NCBI GenBank assembly: GCA_964507955.1
Contig: CAZDRR010000001.1
Coordinates: forward strand, 344-64,343
Reading direction: 5' to 3'
Origin: an uncultured Candidatus Saccharibacteria bacterium
Lineage (GTDB): Bacteria; Patescibacteriota; Minisyncoccia; Phycocordibacterales; JAACPR01
DNA length: 64,000 bases
In this document: piece after piece, positions 8,629-18,194 of the stretch
Layout of the letters: the number at the start of each line of letters is the position of its first letter
How positions within the stretch are numbered: the first letter of the stretch is position 1
The notes under the pieces: generated by a model
The model's database searches: none
What the model was told of the DNA's origin: nothing
The model's input: the letters and a program-made list of their open reading frames with translations, nothing else
Program-made: the position numbers and the translations under genes

Positions 8629-10689
8629 ATGAACGACGGACAAAAAAGAGGCTATCAAAAACGATCTGATTATTGGAACAAGTTTCAGAAAAAAGATGTT
8701 TCCATAGAATCTTTTCTGACACCAACAACTACCTACGAACCAGAATTAATTGGTGAAAGTTTTTATCAGGCTTCGGCATCTACCACGTCGTCTGGTTCTT
8801 CCAATGCAAGCCGTAGCAATCGCATTCACAAATCTTCTACAAAGGATAGATTTAAAAATATTGCAGAGGGTCTTTTGCCATTCAATTATACTTCTGATTT
8901 GGTAAATGCGAGCGAAGCTATCGAGCTATGCCAAAAAGCTTACTTCAATATCCCTACTTATAGGGCTACGATAGATTTAATGGCTGAATTTGCTGATGCA
9001 GAACTCTATCTTGAAGGGGGTTCTGCAAATGCAAAAAAGTTCATTAATGCTTGGTGGAAGCGCATTCAAATACATAATTTGAAGGGGCAATTTTTCAGGG
9101 AATATTATCGTTCGGGAAATGTTTTCTTTTTTCGTTTTGACGGAAAATTTAAATCAAATCAATCCAAGAAGGTCATTGAAGCTTATGGAGCGACAAATGC
9201 CAGAGCAGGAGTCCCTGTGAAATATCTTTTGCTTAACCCAACTACAATCGGCACCAATTCTACCCTTTCTTTTGATAATAATTATTGTAAGATTCTTACT
9301 TCTTATGAAATTGCACGCTTGAAAAAACCTTTGACGGAACAAGAAAAAGAATTCTATGAAGCTTTACCTCCAGAAGTTAAACAATCTTTGCAAGCCTCCT
9401 CGCGAGTAGGAAACCATATCCAATTTCCATTGGATAAAAGCAGGTTACATGCTGTTTTCTTCAAAAAGCAAGACTATGAGCCTTTTTCAATTCCATTAGG
9501 TTTTTCTGTTCTTGATGATATCAACAAAAAACTGGAACTCAAGAAAATAGACCAAGCTATCGCGAGGACTATTGAAAACGTTATTCTGCTTGTTACAATG
9601 GGCGCGGAACCCGACAAAGGCGGAATCAATGCTGCGAATATGGCAGCAATGCAAAATATTTTCAAAAATCAAAGCGTAGGTCGGGTTCTTGTGGCCGATT
9701 ATACAACAAAAGCGGACTTTATCATTCCTGACTTGAATAAAGTTTTAGGTAAAGAAAAATACGAAGTTCTGAATAAGGATATTGAAGAAGGTTTACAAAA
9801 TGTATTACTTGGCGAATCAAAGTATGCGGATACTCAACTTAAATTGCGCATTTTCATGCAACGTTTGGAAGAGGCTCGCGAGGTTTTCCTTGTAGAATTC
9901 CTACAACCAGAAATCAAGAGAATCTGCCTAAATCTTGGTATTAAAAATATTCCAGAAGCAAAATTCAAAACAACTGATACTTTGGACAATGCAGATTTGC
10001 AGAAATTAGTTATTAGAATGACTGAATTGGGTATTCTAACTCCAGAACAAGGAATCTCCACAATCAATACGGGAGCGTTTCCAAAGGCAGAAGAACTCGC
10101 ACCAGCACAAGAAAAATTCCTTTCGGAACGCGAATTAGGCTATTGGACTCCTTTGGTGAACAGCATTCAAATTCAACAACAGGAAGATCAATTGAAGCAA
10201 CAAGAGTTCGATAATCAATTGGCGCTGAAACAGCAAAAACTGAGCGAAAAAACCGCTGAAAATCAAGTCAAGATCGCCAAACAAGCGGCTACTCAAAAAC
10301 AAGCGAATAATAAAACCGCATCTGTTTCTGGACCTTCGGGCGGAAGACCAATGGGAACATCGAAAGCCGAACAATACTCGGCCAAGAATATTTCCCAAGC
10401 CGTGAAATTGATCAACGAATTCGAATTAAGAGCTTTTAGGGATTTTGCTTTGAAATTTGGGCTTGAACAACTTGAAGGATCGAAGCAAGAAACTGTGGAA
10501 AAAATCTGCGAACAAATCATTTCTTCTACAGAAATAGGTGAATGGGATGATGTTCTGGCCAGCGTTGTTGAAGATATATCAAACTTGGCTGAGAAAAAAA
10601 TCTCGGATAATGTTCTACAAATTGCTGAAAAACACCAATTGGATGATTTAGCTGCATCAATTTTATATCATTCAACAAAAATTGTGTAA
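8629..10689 (+). CDS. Portal protein with a long C-terminal extension
   Basis: Lies between terL and the protease; helical core with REYYRSGNVFFFR; ends in a Q-rich coil, GGRP and an extra domain. Confidence 0.78.
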   Translation: MNDGQKRGYQKRSDYWNKFQKKDVSIESFLTPTTTYEPELIGESFYQASASTTSSGSSNASRSNRIHKSSTKDRFKNIAEGLLPFNYTSDLVNASEAIELCQKAYFNIPTYRATIDLMAEFADAELYLEGGSANAKKFINAWWKRIQIHNLKGQFFREYYRSGNVFFFRFDGKFKSNQSKKVIEAYGATNARAGVPVKYLLLNPTTIGTNSTLSFDNNYCKILTSYEIARLKKPLTEQEKEFYEALPPEVKQSLQASSRVGNHIQFPLDKSRLHAVFFKKQDYEPFSIPLGFSVLDDINKKLELKKIDQAIARTIENVILLVTMGAEPDKGGINAANMAAMQNIFKNQSVGRVLVADYTTKADFIIPDLNKVLGKEKYEVLNKDIEEGLQNVLLGESKYADTQLKLRIFMQRLEEAREVFLVEFLQPEIKRICLNLGIKNIPEAKFKTTDTLDNADLQKLVIRMTELGILTPEQGISTINTGAFPKAEELAPAQEKFLSERELGYWTPLVNSIQIQQQEDQLKQQEFDNQLALKQQKLSEKTAENQVKIAKQAATQKQANNKTASVSGPSGGRPMGTSKAEQYSAKNISQAVKLINEFELRAFRDFALKFGLEQLEGSKQETVEKICEQIISSTEIGEWDDVLASVVEDISNLAEKKISDNVLQIAEKHQLDDLAASILYHSTKIV

Positions 10690-10698
10690 GGAGAATAA

Positions 10699-12252
10699 AT
10701 GGATCTATCCGAGAACGTTCTTCACGCAAGTTTCAATGGCAGTATTCGTGCTGTGGACGAAGATGTTTTGTCCAAAATGGGAGTTTCCCAAGCATCTATC
10801 AACGAAAATGCGGCACCATTATTTCCCGAAGGATTTGACAAAAACAAAAACGTGGATGTTCTACCTGTTGTCTTTAATTTAGCTGTAGTTAATCAATTTA
10901 ATAAAAATGGAGATGGGATAGATGCAAAAACAGCTATGGCCGCTGTTAAACATTTTATCAACAAACCTATTAATGTTGAACATAAAAAGGACAAGATCGT
11001 TGGACATATTCTCAATGCTTCTTTTTCTTATGATGAACAGGATTTTAAAGATAATGATTTAGAAGCTTTTGCCTCTGAAACAAAACCTTTTTATATTACT
11101 GCCGCAGGAGTCATCTATCGAAAGATATTCCCAAAATTAGCGGCGGCAATCATTAAGGCGTCAGATGAAGAAAGTCCTGAGTATAAAAGTATTTGCACAA
11201 GTTGGGAGATTGCTTTCAAAGAGTTTTTGATGACTAAAGGATCTTCCATGTTGGAAGATTGCACTATCATTTCCGATCCAGATGAAATTGCCAAAGCTAA
11301 AAAATGCCATAAAGCTTTTGGTGGCAAAGGTGTTGATGAAAATGGAGTTATCATTAATAGATGGATTGTGGGAGAAACTTTACCGTTAGGTGCGGGCTTG
11401 ACATATGCTCCCGCCGCAAGTGTTGAAGGCGTTTTTGTCGTGGAAGATTTTGAAGAAGAAGATGATTTAGAAGAAACAGATGACGACGAAGAAGAAAATT
11501 CAGCAAATAATAAACAAAAAAATTCCCTTATAACTAAAAATGTTGTAAGGATTGGAAAATTCAAAGAAATTTTAAATATGGATAACGAACAATTCGATAA
11601 ATTCCTCCAAAAGTTAGAAGAGTCTGTGGCTTCTATCGGAACTGCTGGAGAAGGCCAAACCAAATCCGTAGGTTTGGTTGTTAAGGATGCTCTCGTTGAA
11701 TACAACAAGGTTTGGGAAAATAAAGTGGAAGCGGAAAAGCAATCTGCTGCTGCGGACAAACAAGCTTTGGCAAGTCTTCAAGAACAATTCCAAGCCGTGC
11801 AGTCCGAACTCGCGACTCTGAAACAAGAACAGGAAACTCAAGCGGCTGCATCCCTATTCAATCAACGCATGAACTTCATTGATGAAACTTATGTTTTAGG
11901 CGAAGATGAAATCAAGTTGGTAACAGAAGAACTTAAAGCCGTCGCTTCTACTGACGAAGCATTCGATGCTTTTAAAAACAAAATCGGCATCCTATTCGGT
12001 CATAAATCCAAGGCTTCTATCGCTGCAAACGAAAAAGCTATCGCTGATCGTATCGAAGAAGAAGTGGCAAAGAGAAGCAAGTCTCTTGAATCCAACGCTT
12101 CCACTACCGATAACAAGGAAGAAAATCAAGAAGATCTTGAAATCGAAGAAACTCAAGGATCTTCAATTCCAAACAATAACGAAGGAAATTCAAAACAAGA
12201 ATCTTTAATCGAAAAATTCCGCAAGAGTTTCGAAGTTAAAGTAGAAATCTAA
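10699..12252 (+). CDS. Prohead protease-scaffold fusion
   Basis: NKNGD, KPINVEH, IVGHI and TSWE protease-like motifs, an acidic linker, and a coiled-coil C-terminal half. Confidence 0.8.
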   Translation: MDLSENVLHASFNGSIRAVDEDVLSKMGVSQASINENAAPLFPEGFDKNKNVDVLPVVFNLAVVNQFNKNGDGIDAKTAMAAVKHFINKPINVEHKKDKIVGHILNASFSYDEQDFKDNDLEAFASETKPFYITAAGVIYRKIFPKLAAAIIKASDEESPEYKSICTSWEIAFKEFLMTKGSSMLEDCTIISDPDEIAKAKKCHKAFGGKGVDENGVIINRWIVGETLPLGAGLTYAPAASVEGVFVVEDFEEEDDLEETDDDEEENSANNKQKNSLITKNVVRIGKFKEILNMDNEQFDKFLQKLEESVASIGTAGEGQTKSVGLVVKDALVEYNKVWENKVEAEKQSAAADKQALASLQEQFQAVQSELATLKQEQETQAAASLFNQRMNFIDETYVLGEDEIKLVTEELKAVASTDEAFDAFKNKIGILFGHKSKASIAANEKAIADRIEEEVAKRSKSLESNASTTDNKEENQEDLEIEETQGSSIPNNNEGNSKQESLIEKFRKSFEVKVEI

Positions 12253-12270
12253 TCTCAATAAACTACGACT

Positions 12271-12870
12271 ATGGCAAATACAATTACAAGAATGCTACCA
12301 TTCCGTCAGTATAATGAACAAGATGTTGTCAACATCTATGCTCTTGATGCTGCTACAGGGCAAGCTGGTTCTCTTGTTAAGGTAAGCAGTGCTGATCTTA
12401 ACGCAGAAACCATCGAACTCGTCAACTATGGCTTTACTAACCAAATGGGCCATGCTTCCTCCCAATATCCACAAAACCCACTAAAGGTTTCGAAAGTTAC
12501 CGCAACGGGTCAAGTAGCTTTGGGTATTCTTCTACGCGACGTTCGCACTGTAGATGAAAATGGTGAAAACCTTCTTTTCTATCCTCAGAAGAAAGACGAA
12601 CTTCAATGCGTTGTTTCTGGCGAAACAGTGCCTATCGCAACTCGCGGTCTGTTCATGTTCAACGTGGCAGGATTAGCGGGTGGTGTGGCACCAGCGATCA
12701 ACTCTTACGCTATTCCTGTGGGCGATGGCCTATTGACAGGCGTTGCTTCTCCAAGCGCAACCCAACTCCAATATTCTGTTGGCAAGTGGATTGCTACTGG
12801 TAGCCGTGCTTCCGTCTCCGATACGGACGCTTTCGAAGGTGCATATGCTCTGTTAAAACTTGAACTCTAA
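12271..12870 (+). CDS. Capsid decoration/cement protein
   Basis: Lies between scaffold and capsid; ALGILLRDV and VPIATRG beta-rich pattern; codon use of a highly expressed gene. Confidence 0.65.
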   Translation: MANTITRMLPFRQYNEQDVVNIYALDAATGQAGSLVKVSSADLNAETIELVNYGFTNQMGHASSQYPQNPLKVSKVTATGQVALGILLRDVRTVDENGENLLFYPQKKDELQCVVSGETVPIATRGLFMFNVAGLAGGVAPAINSYAIPVGDGLLTGVASPSATQLQYSVGKWIATGSRASVSDTDAFEGAYALLKLEL

Positions 12871-12884
12871 TACCTTATAACTAG

Positions 12885-14021
12885 ATGAAAATTACCCTGA
12901 AAAAAACTGACGAGCAAGTTGCCTTGGTAAAGGCGATGGCAAGCAACAACCGTGATGAAGCTTATGAAGCGCAAGCTGCTGTAGCTACTCTGATGGGTCC
13001 AGTGCTTAATGAAGTGGTTAACAATGCTCCTACAGTGAGCAATGTTTTCACCACAATGTCTTTCAACGAAGACGACAATCCATCTCTTCCATTGGACTTG
13101 TTCCATGACATTACTGATGAAGATTTCATCACCGTTTACTCTCAACAAGTAGCGGGTGGTCTTCCATACAGCCAAGTGTTCCCTGCTCACAATGAATTGA
13201 AATTCACAACCTACAACCTTGATAGCGCGTTCGCTTTCGATAAGAAATACGCTCGCCGTTCCCGTTTGGACGTTGTTGGAAAGACATTCACCCGTATGGC
13301 GCAGGAAATCCTGTTGAAGCAAGAAAAAACCTCCTTCAATGTTTTGGCTTCCGCTCTTATCAACGCTCAAACCATCTCTACTGCGGGTGGTTCCAAGGCA
13401 AAGGGCAACCATATCATTGCAGCGACAACCGCTGATAGGTTCGTCTTGCATGATTTCAACCGTCTGATCACTCTTAGCAAGCGCATCAACGCTTCCTTCT
13501 CTAATGGAACTCCAGTTGGAGGTTCTAAGGTTGGGGTAACTGATTTGCTTGTATCTCCAGAAATGGTGCAAGAACTTCGTGCGATGGCTTACAATCCAAT
13601 CAACACATCCGAAGCTCCTTTTGGTTCGGCTCTTAAAGATTCGATTGCGGCTCCAGAAGCTCTTCGTATGCAACTCTATACCGCTGCTGGTCTTCCAGCG
13701 TTCTACGGCATCAACATTGTTGAAGTCCTTGAACTTGGTATCGGACAACGTTTCAACAAGATCTTTGATGCTCTTCTTACCGCCAATAGCGTATCGCTTT
13801 CTGGATGGTCTCAAACGGCTGACGAAATCTTGATTGGTATTGACCGCTCCCGCGATTCCTTGATTCGCCCTGTGGTTCAAGCCGAAGACGCTCCTTCGGA
13901 ATTCAATCTGATGGTGGATGATCAATTCGTTGGTCGCCAAAACAAGATTGGATATTACGGCAAGCTTGATGAAGGTCGTATGTGTATTGATGACCGCGCA
14001 TTAGTCGGTATCTACGTCTAA
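12885..14021 (+). CDS. Major capsid protein (HK97 fold inferred)
   Basis: 378 aa, synteny, backbone-helix-like RMAQEILLKQE, LLVSPE and FYGINIVE motifs, and a strong terminator downstream. Confidence 0.85.
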   Translation: MKITLKKTDEQVALVKAMASNNRDEAYEAQAAVATLMGPVLNEVVNNAPTVSNVFTTMSFNEDDNPSLPLDLFHDITDEDFITVYSQQVAGGLPYSQVFPAHNELKFTTYNLDSAFAFDKKYARRSRLDVVGKTFTRMAQEILLKQEKTSFNVLASALINAQTISTAGGSKAKGNHIIAATTADRFVLHDFNRLITLSKRINASFSNGTPVGGSKVGVTDLLVSPEMVQELRAMAYNPINTSEAPFGSALKDSIAAPEALRMQLYTAAGLPAFYGINIVEVLELGIGQRFNKIFDALLTANSVSLSGWSQTADEILIGIDRSRDSLIRPVVQAEDAPSEFNLMVDDQFVGRQNKIGYYGKLDEGRMCIDDRALVGIYV

Positions 14022-14036
14022 TAAACCATAACAACT

Positions 14037-14069
14037 AGGGTCGTCCCGCTGGGGCGACCCTTTTTTTTT
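14037..14069 (+). terminator. Rho-independent terminator
   Basis: AGGGTCGTCCC-GCT-GGGGCGACCCT followed by a T-run. Confidence 0.9.
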
Positions 14070-14103
14070 GTTTAAAATTTAGATTTTCTTTTTATCATAT
14101 AGT

Positions 14104-14544
14104 ATGAGCATTGATCCACAAAAATATCAAGAAGCTGAGAAAGAATATTCTCAAGAAGAACCAAAAAAAGATCTCGATTTATCAACCGTTGAAGAATTTG
14201 AAGTCGCGGATGGTAAAGATCGTGACGAAAAACAATTGGATGAACTGCGTAATTTGGAGGCTTTATTTGGAATCAAGGAGTCAAATCCTTATGGCACAAT
14301 GAATCGCCAAATTTTTAATGAAAAATTGGAAGAAATGACTGCTACTGATATGCAAAATCTTGCGATGAGAGTTGGAGTTCCCCCTTCTCGTAATAAAAAT
14401 GATTTACGCAGATTATTGATTAATTCTTTTAATGATTTTGTTAAAAGACATGATTACGGTGTAGCTTCTGCAATTAAACCAGTCATTAGTCCTTCTTCCC
14501 CTAACTATGAATCTGCTGTAAAGCTATTTAAGGAAGGCATTTAA
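14104..14544 (+). CDS. Hypothetical protein with a Rho-N/HeH-like helical motif
   Basis: LEEMTATDMQNLAMRVGV...KNDLRRLL. Confidence 0.55.
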   Translation: MSIDPQKYQEAEKEYSQEEPKKDLDLSTVEEFEVADGKDRDEKQLDELRNLEALFGIKESNPYGTMNRQIFNEKLEEMTATDMQNLAMRVGVPPSRNKNDLRRLLINSFNDFVKRHDYGVASAIKPVISPSSPNYESAVKLFKEGI

Positions 14545-15029
14545 TGAACGATTTCGGTGATATCGCATATGACATTGTAAAATATGACTTTAAGGAAGAC
14601 GTTTCTCGTTTTCCTATCTCTTATATTTCTGGTTGGTTAGAAACTAATTTAGGAGAACTTAATGCGATAACACACGAAGAATTCTATATTAATGATAGTG
14701 GAAATATCGGGCCTAGTGGTTTAGCTCCAGTTGAAGAAAATATCTTTCGCAAATTATATACAATCCATTATTATAAAAAAGCTTCGCGAGAAGTTCTGAG
14801 AGGAATTGTCTGGAGCGATTCTTCCAGCGCGTCTGACTGGATTTCTATTAAAGAAGGAGACTCTTCCGTTCAAAGAACCAGTAAGAATTCCATTGCCAAA
14901 ACTCTTTCAGAAATGGCCACGAAAGAAGAAGAGGAATTAAAATTTCTTGTTTATTCTTATAATTCTGCCAAAGCCTCCCCTATTCAAGTTTTTGGAGAAG
15001 ACGCTTATTCTCCATTAATAACTAATTAA
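14544..15029 (+). CDS. Head-tail adaptor (putative)
   Basis: Synteny after the capsid; SIKEGDSSVQR beta-hairpin typical of adaptors. Confidence 0.6.
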   Translation: MNDFGDIAYDIVKYDFKEDVSRFPISYISGWLETNLGELNAITHEEFYINDSGNIGPSGLAPVEENIFRKLYTIHYYKKASREVLRGIVWSDSSSASDWISIKEGDSSVQRTSKNSIAKTLSEMATKEEEELKFLVYSYNSAKASPIQVFGEDAYSPLITN

Positions 15030-15031
15030 CA

Positions 15032-15478
15032 ATGCCTTCTCTTTTATCAGATGCCGAAAAAACAAGTGTTAATGCTATCTTGAGGGATTTGCATGATACC
15101 TTTGCGCAAGATATTGTCTTATATACAGAAATTAGAGAAGAGATTGTCGATGATAGTGACTATAATCCCCTTTATGGTCGAAAGAAAAATAATGGACAGA
15201 GTTCTTCATCTATTTCTTTTGCTAAAGAAACTGTTCAAGCTAGAGTCGCATATGTAAACGATCAAACTGATTTGCCTGACGCTTTAAGCAATCAATCAAA
15301 TATTTCTATTTCGAAAGGAATTGTTCGTTTGAAAATAAAAGAGGATATTTTTGAAAAAATAAAAAATGCAGCGAAGATTGAGATTGATGATCGGCTTTTT
15401 TCTTTAATTTCCGACGCGCAAATTGCGGGTCCATTCGGTTCTGAATTTTTTATTGTCTTTTTACAACGTGAAGGCTAA
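15032..15478 (+). CDS. Head closure protein (putative)
   Basis: Synteny, YNPLYG motif, beta-rich. Confidence 0.55.
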   Translation: MPSLLSDAEKTSVNAILRDLHDTFAQDIVLYTEIREEIVDDSDYNPLYGRKKNNGQSSSSISFAKETVQARVAYVNDQTDLPDALSNQSNISISKGIVRLKIKEDIFEKIKNAAKIEIDDRLFSLISDAQIAGPFGSEFFIVFLQREG

Positions 15479-16094
15479 ATTTTTAAAAACGTCCACGTTC
15501 AATGTCACTGTTAATTCCAAACAGTTGATGAAAGAACTGTCTAATAGTAGGAGTCCGAGCATGACGACTCTTATTACAGAACACGTTCGCCCTCGCGTTC
15601 TAGCGGCTCAAGAAGAAGCTATTCAACAATTTACTCTCCATCCTGTCACTGTGGAAATCCATGGAGGACCATACGCCTCTAATTCATCCAAATTGCTTGG
15701 AGGTATCGGAAACCTATTTTCCTTTATTGGGTTTGAATATGATGATGATCCTACCGAACCAATCTATAATATTCTACAAAGAGATATAAAATTGCATACA
15801 GTCCGCAGAGGGGCTGCTGGCAAATTTACAATCAAAATGGTATTACCAACAAAACAAGAAATTTTTGCGGAAACTCCTATGCCATGGGCCGCAGGACAAA
15901 GTTGGGCGGAAGGTATCGAAAAAGGTATTGCTGGTTTCGGCAAATACATGTATAATGATGAAATTGGATGGAAATCTTCAAGATCGGATAGTGGTTTGGA
16001 GGCTAAAGGAGATTTCCGAAGCGGTAAATTTAAAAATACGAAATATATTTCTGAAATCATCAGGGATTTTCATAAGAAAATAGGAATTAAATGA
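15468..16094 (+). CDS. Neck/tail completion protein (putative)
   Basis: ORF 15423..16094, with GTG at 15468 as the more plausible start; synteny. Confidence 0.5.
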   Translation: MKAKFLKTSTFNVTVNSKQLMKELSNSRSPSMTTLITEHVRPRVLAAQEEAIQQFTLHPVTVEIHGGPYASNSSKLLGGIGNLFSFIGFEYDDDPTEPIYNILQRDIKLHTVRRGAAGKFTIKMVLPTKQEIFAETPMPWAAGQSWAEGIEKGIAGFGKYMYNDEIGWKSSRSDSGLEAKGDFRSGKFKNTKYISEIIRDFHKKIGIK

Positions 16095-16963
16095 ATACGC
16101 AATTTGATCACATCTTATTATCTAGTTTTTATTTATGGTTTGAACATGAATTGATCAGTTCGAACTCTAAGGCTTATGTCACAAATTTATCCAATGAATT
16201 CAAAAAAATCAATTTTACAGACTTGCCTTCTAATGTTTATGGATATCAAGGGATGTATAGGCAATTGGTTGCAGATAATTCCGTGGATGTTATTAATTCT
16301 GGCATTTTTATTAATGGAAATTTCATTTCTGGAGGAACTCCTAACATCTTTTTGGACTATGATAATGGAAGAGTTATCGTCCCAAAAGCTTCTGGTGCCT
16401 CATTAACTATTACCGCTAATTCTACGGTAAAAGAAATCAATACCTATATTGCGAATGATGATGATGAACATCTTTTGATTCACGGAGATTTTGTCGAACA
16501 AAACGCATCTCAACCATATTTCTATAATAAGGACAATCAACTTGATGAAAAAACGTATTTCTTACCTGCTTGTTTTATTTCTTTAACCAATTCTGAAAAC
16601 GAGGAATTTTCTTTTGGAGGAGAAGAGAATACAAAAACTCGTATTCATGTAACCGTTGTTACAAAGGACGATTATTTATTAGATTCTGTTCTATCGTATT
16701 TCAGAGATAGGGCGAGGGAAATGATTGTTCATATCCCATATGAACAATATCCTTATGGACGGTTCTCTTCTATTAAAAATTATCCATATAGTTATGAGGC
16801 TTTGAAAAATTCTCAAACCATTACTTCTGCCAACGTATCTTTGATTGATAAAGTCTCTTGTTCAAAGATCACCAATTCCGCTGTAAGAAAAGCGATCAAT
16901 AAAGACTTTTCGGTAGGATTTTTAGATTTTGATCTGGAAACTTATAGATTCCCTAGAATTTAA
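16091..16963 (+). CDS. Tail terminator-like structural protein
   Basis: Immediately precedes the tail tube; LPACFIS...FSFGG pattern. Confidence 0.5.
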   Translation: MNTQFDHILLSSFYLWFEHELISSNSKAYVTNLSNEFKKINFTDLPSNVYGYQGMYRQLVADNSVDVINSGIFINGNFISGGTPNIFLDYDNGRVIVPKASGASLTITANSTVKEINTYIANDDDEHLLIHGDFVEQNASQPYFYNKDNQLDEKTYFLPACFISLTNSENEEFSFGGEENTKTRIHVTVVTKDDYLLDSVLSYFRDRAREMIVHIPYEQYPYGRFSSIKNYPYSYEALKNSQTITSANVSLIDKVSCSKITNSAVRKAINKDFSVGFLDFDLETYRFPRI

Positions 16964-16995
16964 AAATGTGTAATTACAGGAAATAACTTACCATT

Positions 16996-18123
16996 ATGGC
17001 TAGAACAAGAATTATTTCTCAATCCAAAGCGGTGTATGCTTCTTCCACTGGCGCACCAACAACTCCTGATCAACTTCACAGAATTGATAAATTCTCTTTC
17101 GACGTTGATATCGCAGGCGCACGACAAGATGTTCGTGAATTCGGTCAATTAGCCCGTATCGCAACTGTTAGAGCGTCTGAATTAACTCCAAAAGTTTCCT
17201 TCGGTTATTATCTGACAGATGGTGAAAATGAAGGACATTTGGGTTTTAACATCAAAGGACTTACAGGATCAGTTGGAGGAATTGGATTGTCTGGGACAAG
17301 TCAATTTATTTCGGGTATTCTATCCGAAGACGCATCCAAAAAAGAAAAGAACATTTATGTAGTAACCGTAGGAGAAGGCGTTGATGCTTTTGATACGAAC
17401 TTCACTGGACAAAGAGCAAATCACTCTACCATCGGTTTCGGTAATGCGAACGTAACAAGTTATACAGCGAACTTTGCTGTCGGTGAAATCCCACGCGCAG
17501 ACGTTGAAATGGAATGCGGAAATATTATTTTCTATTCTGGATCTACTGGTATTAATCCTGCCGTTAATCGTCAAACTGCTGCATCTATTGGTGGCAGCTT
17601 TACTCTCCCTGCTCCTTCAACTGGAGACAGTGCTGTTGACGTATTAAAAGCGGGCGATGTTGCAGTAAGTTTCTCCGCTTCGTCTTTTGGTATTGGTGGA
17701 GCAAATTTCTCCAATATACATATTCAAAGCGCAAGTATTGAAGTTCCTCTTTCCCGCGCTCCAATCGAAAAACTCGGAAGCCAACTCCCATTTGCTCGCA
17801 CTTTGGAATTCCCAATTAATGTTACTTGCACAATCAATGGTATTGTCGATGACTTCACCACTGGAACACTGCAAACTCTATTGACTGGTTGCACAATCAG
17901 CGCAGGAACAGATATTGGAATTGTTGTTACTGATCGTTGTGGAACTAGCGCAAGAAAAGTTGTTTATCTATTGAAGAATGCCGTTCTCGATAGCCAAAAC
18001 TTCTCTATCGGCCTTGATGATAACGAAACAGTTGACTTAACATTCTCGGCGCAAATCGCGGGAACAACCACAACTACGGCTGGTGTGTTCATGTCGGGTT
18101 CTTCTACAACGACATTCGCGTAA
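16996..18123 (+). CDS. Major tail (tube) protein
   Basis: Beta-rich, T/G-rich, internally duplicated (RQDVREFGQ / RAPIEKLGS); flanked by GTGTAA and a terminator. Confidence 0.7.
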   Translation: MARTRIISQSKAVYASSTGAPTTPDQLHRIDKFSFDVDIAGARQDVREFGQLARIATVRASELTPKVSFGYYLTDGENEGHLGFNIKGLTGSVGGIGLSGTSQFISGILSEDASKKEKNIYVVTVGEGVDAFDTNFTGQRANHSTIGFGNANVTSYTANFAVGEIPRADVEMECGNIIFYSGSTGINPAVNRQTAASIGGSFTLPAPSTGDSAVDVLKAGDVAVSFSASSFGIGGANFSNIHIQSASIEVPLSRAPIEKLGSQLPFARTLEFPINVTCTINGIVDDFTTGTLQTLLTGCTISAGTDIGIVVTDRCGTSARKVVYLLKNAVLDSQNFSIGLDDNETVDLTFSAQIAGTTTTTAGVFMSGSSTTTFA

Positions 18124-18141
18124 CCAAAATTGAATGATAAT

Positions 18142-18179
18142 ACCGCTCCTCCTGTTTGGGGGGAGCGGTTTTTCTTTTT
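18142..18179 (+). terminator. Rho-independent terminator
   Basis: ACCGCTCCTCC-loop-GGGGGAGCGGT followed by a T-rich tail. Confidence 0.85.
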
Positions 18180-18194
18180 AGTGTAAAATGTAGT

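Noticed and set aside
11115-11759. 214-aa antisense ORF with a poly-Ser tract
   Set aside because: It is the reverse complement of the GAA/GAT acidic linker in the protease-scaffold gene.
12867-13940. 357-aa antisense ORF opposite the major capsid gene
   Set aside because: It mirrors the capsid gene and has no recognisable motifs or expression signals; such shadows are expected from the codon bias of highly expressed genes.
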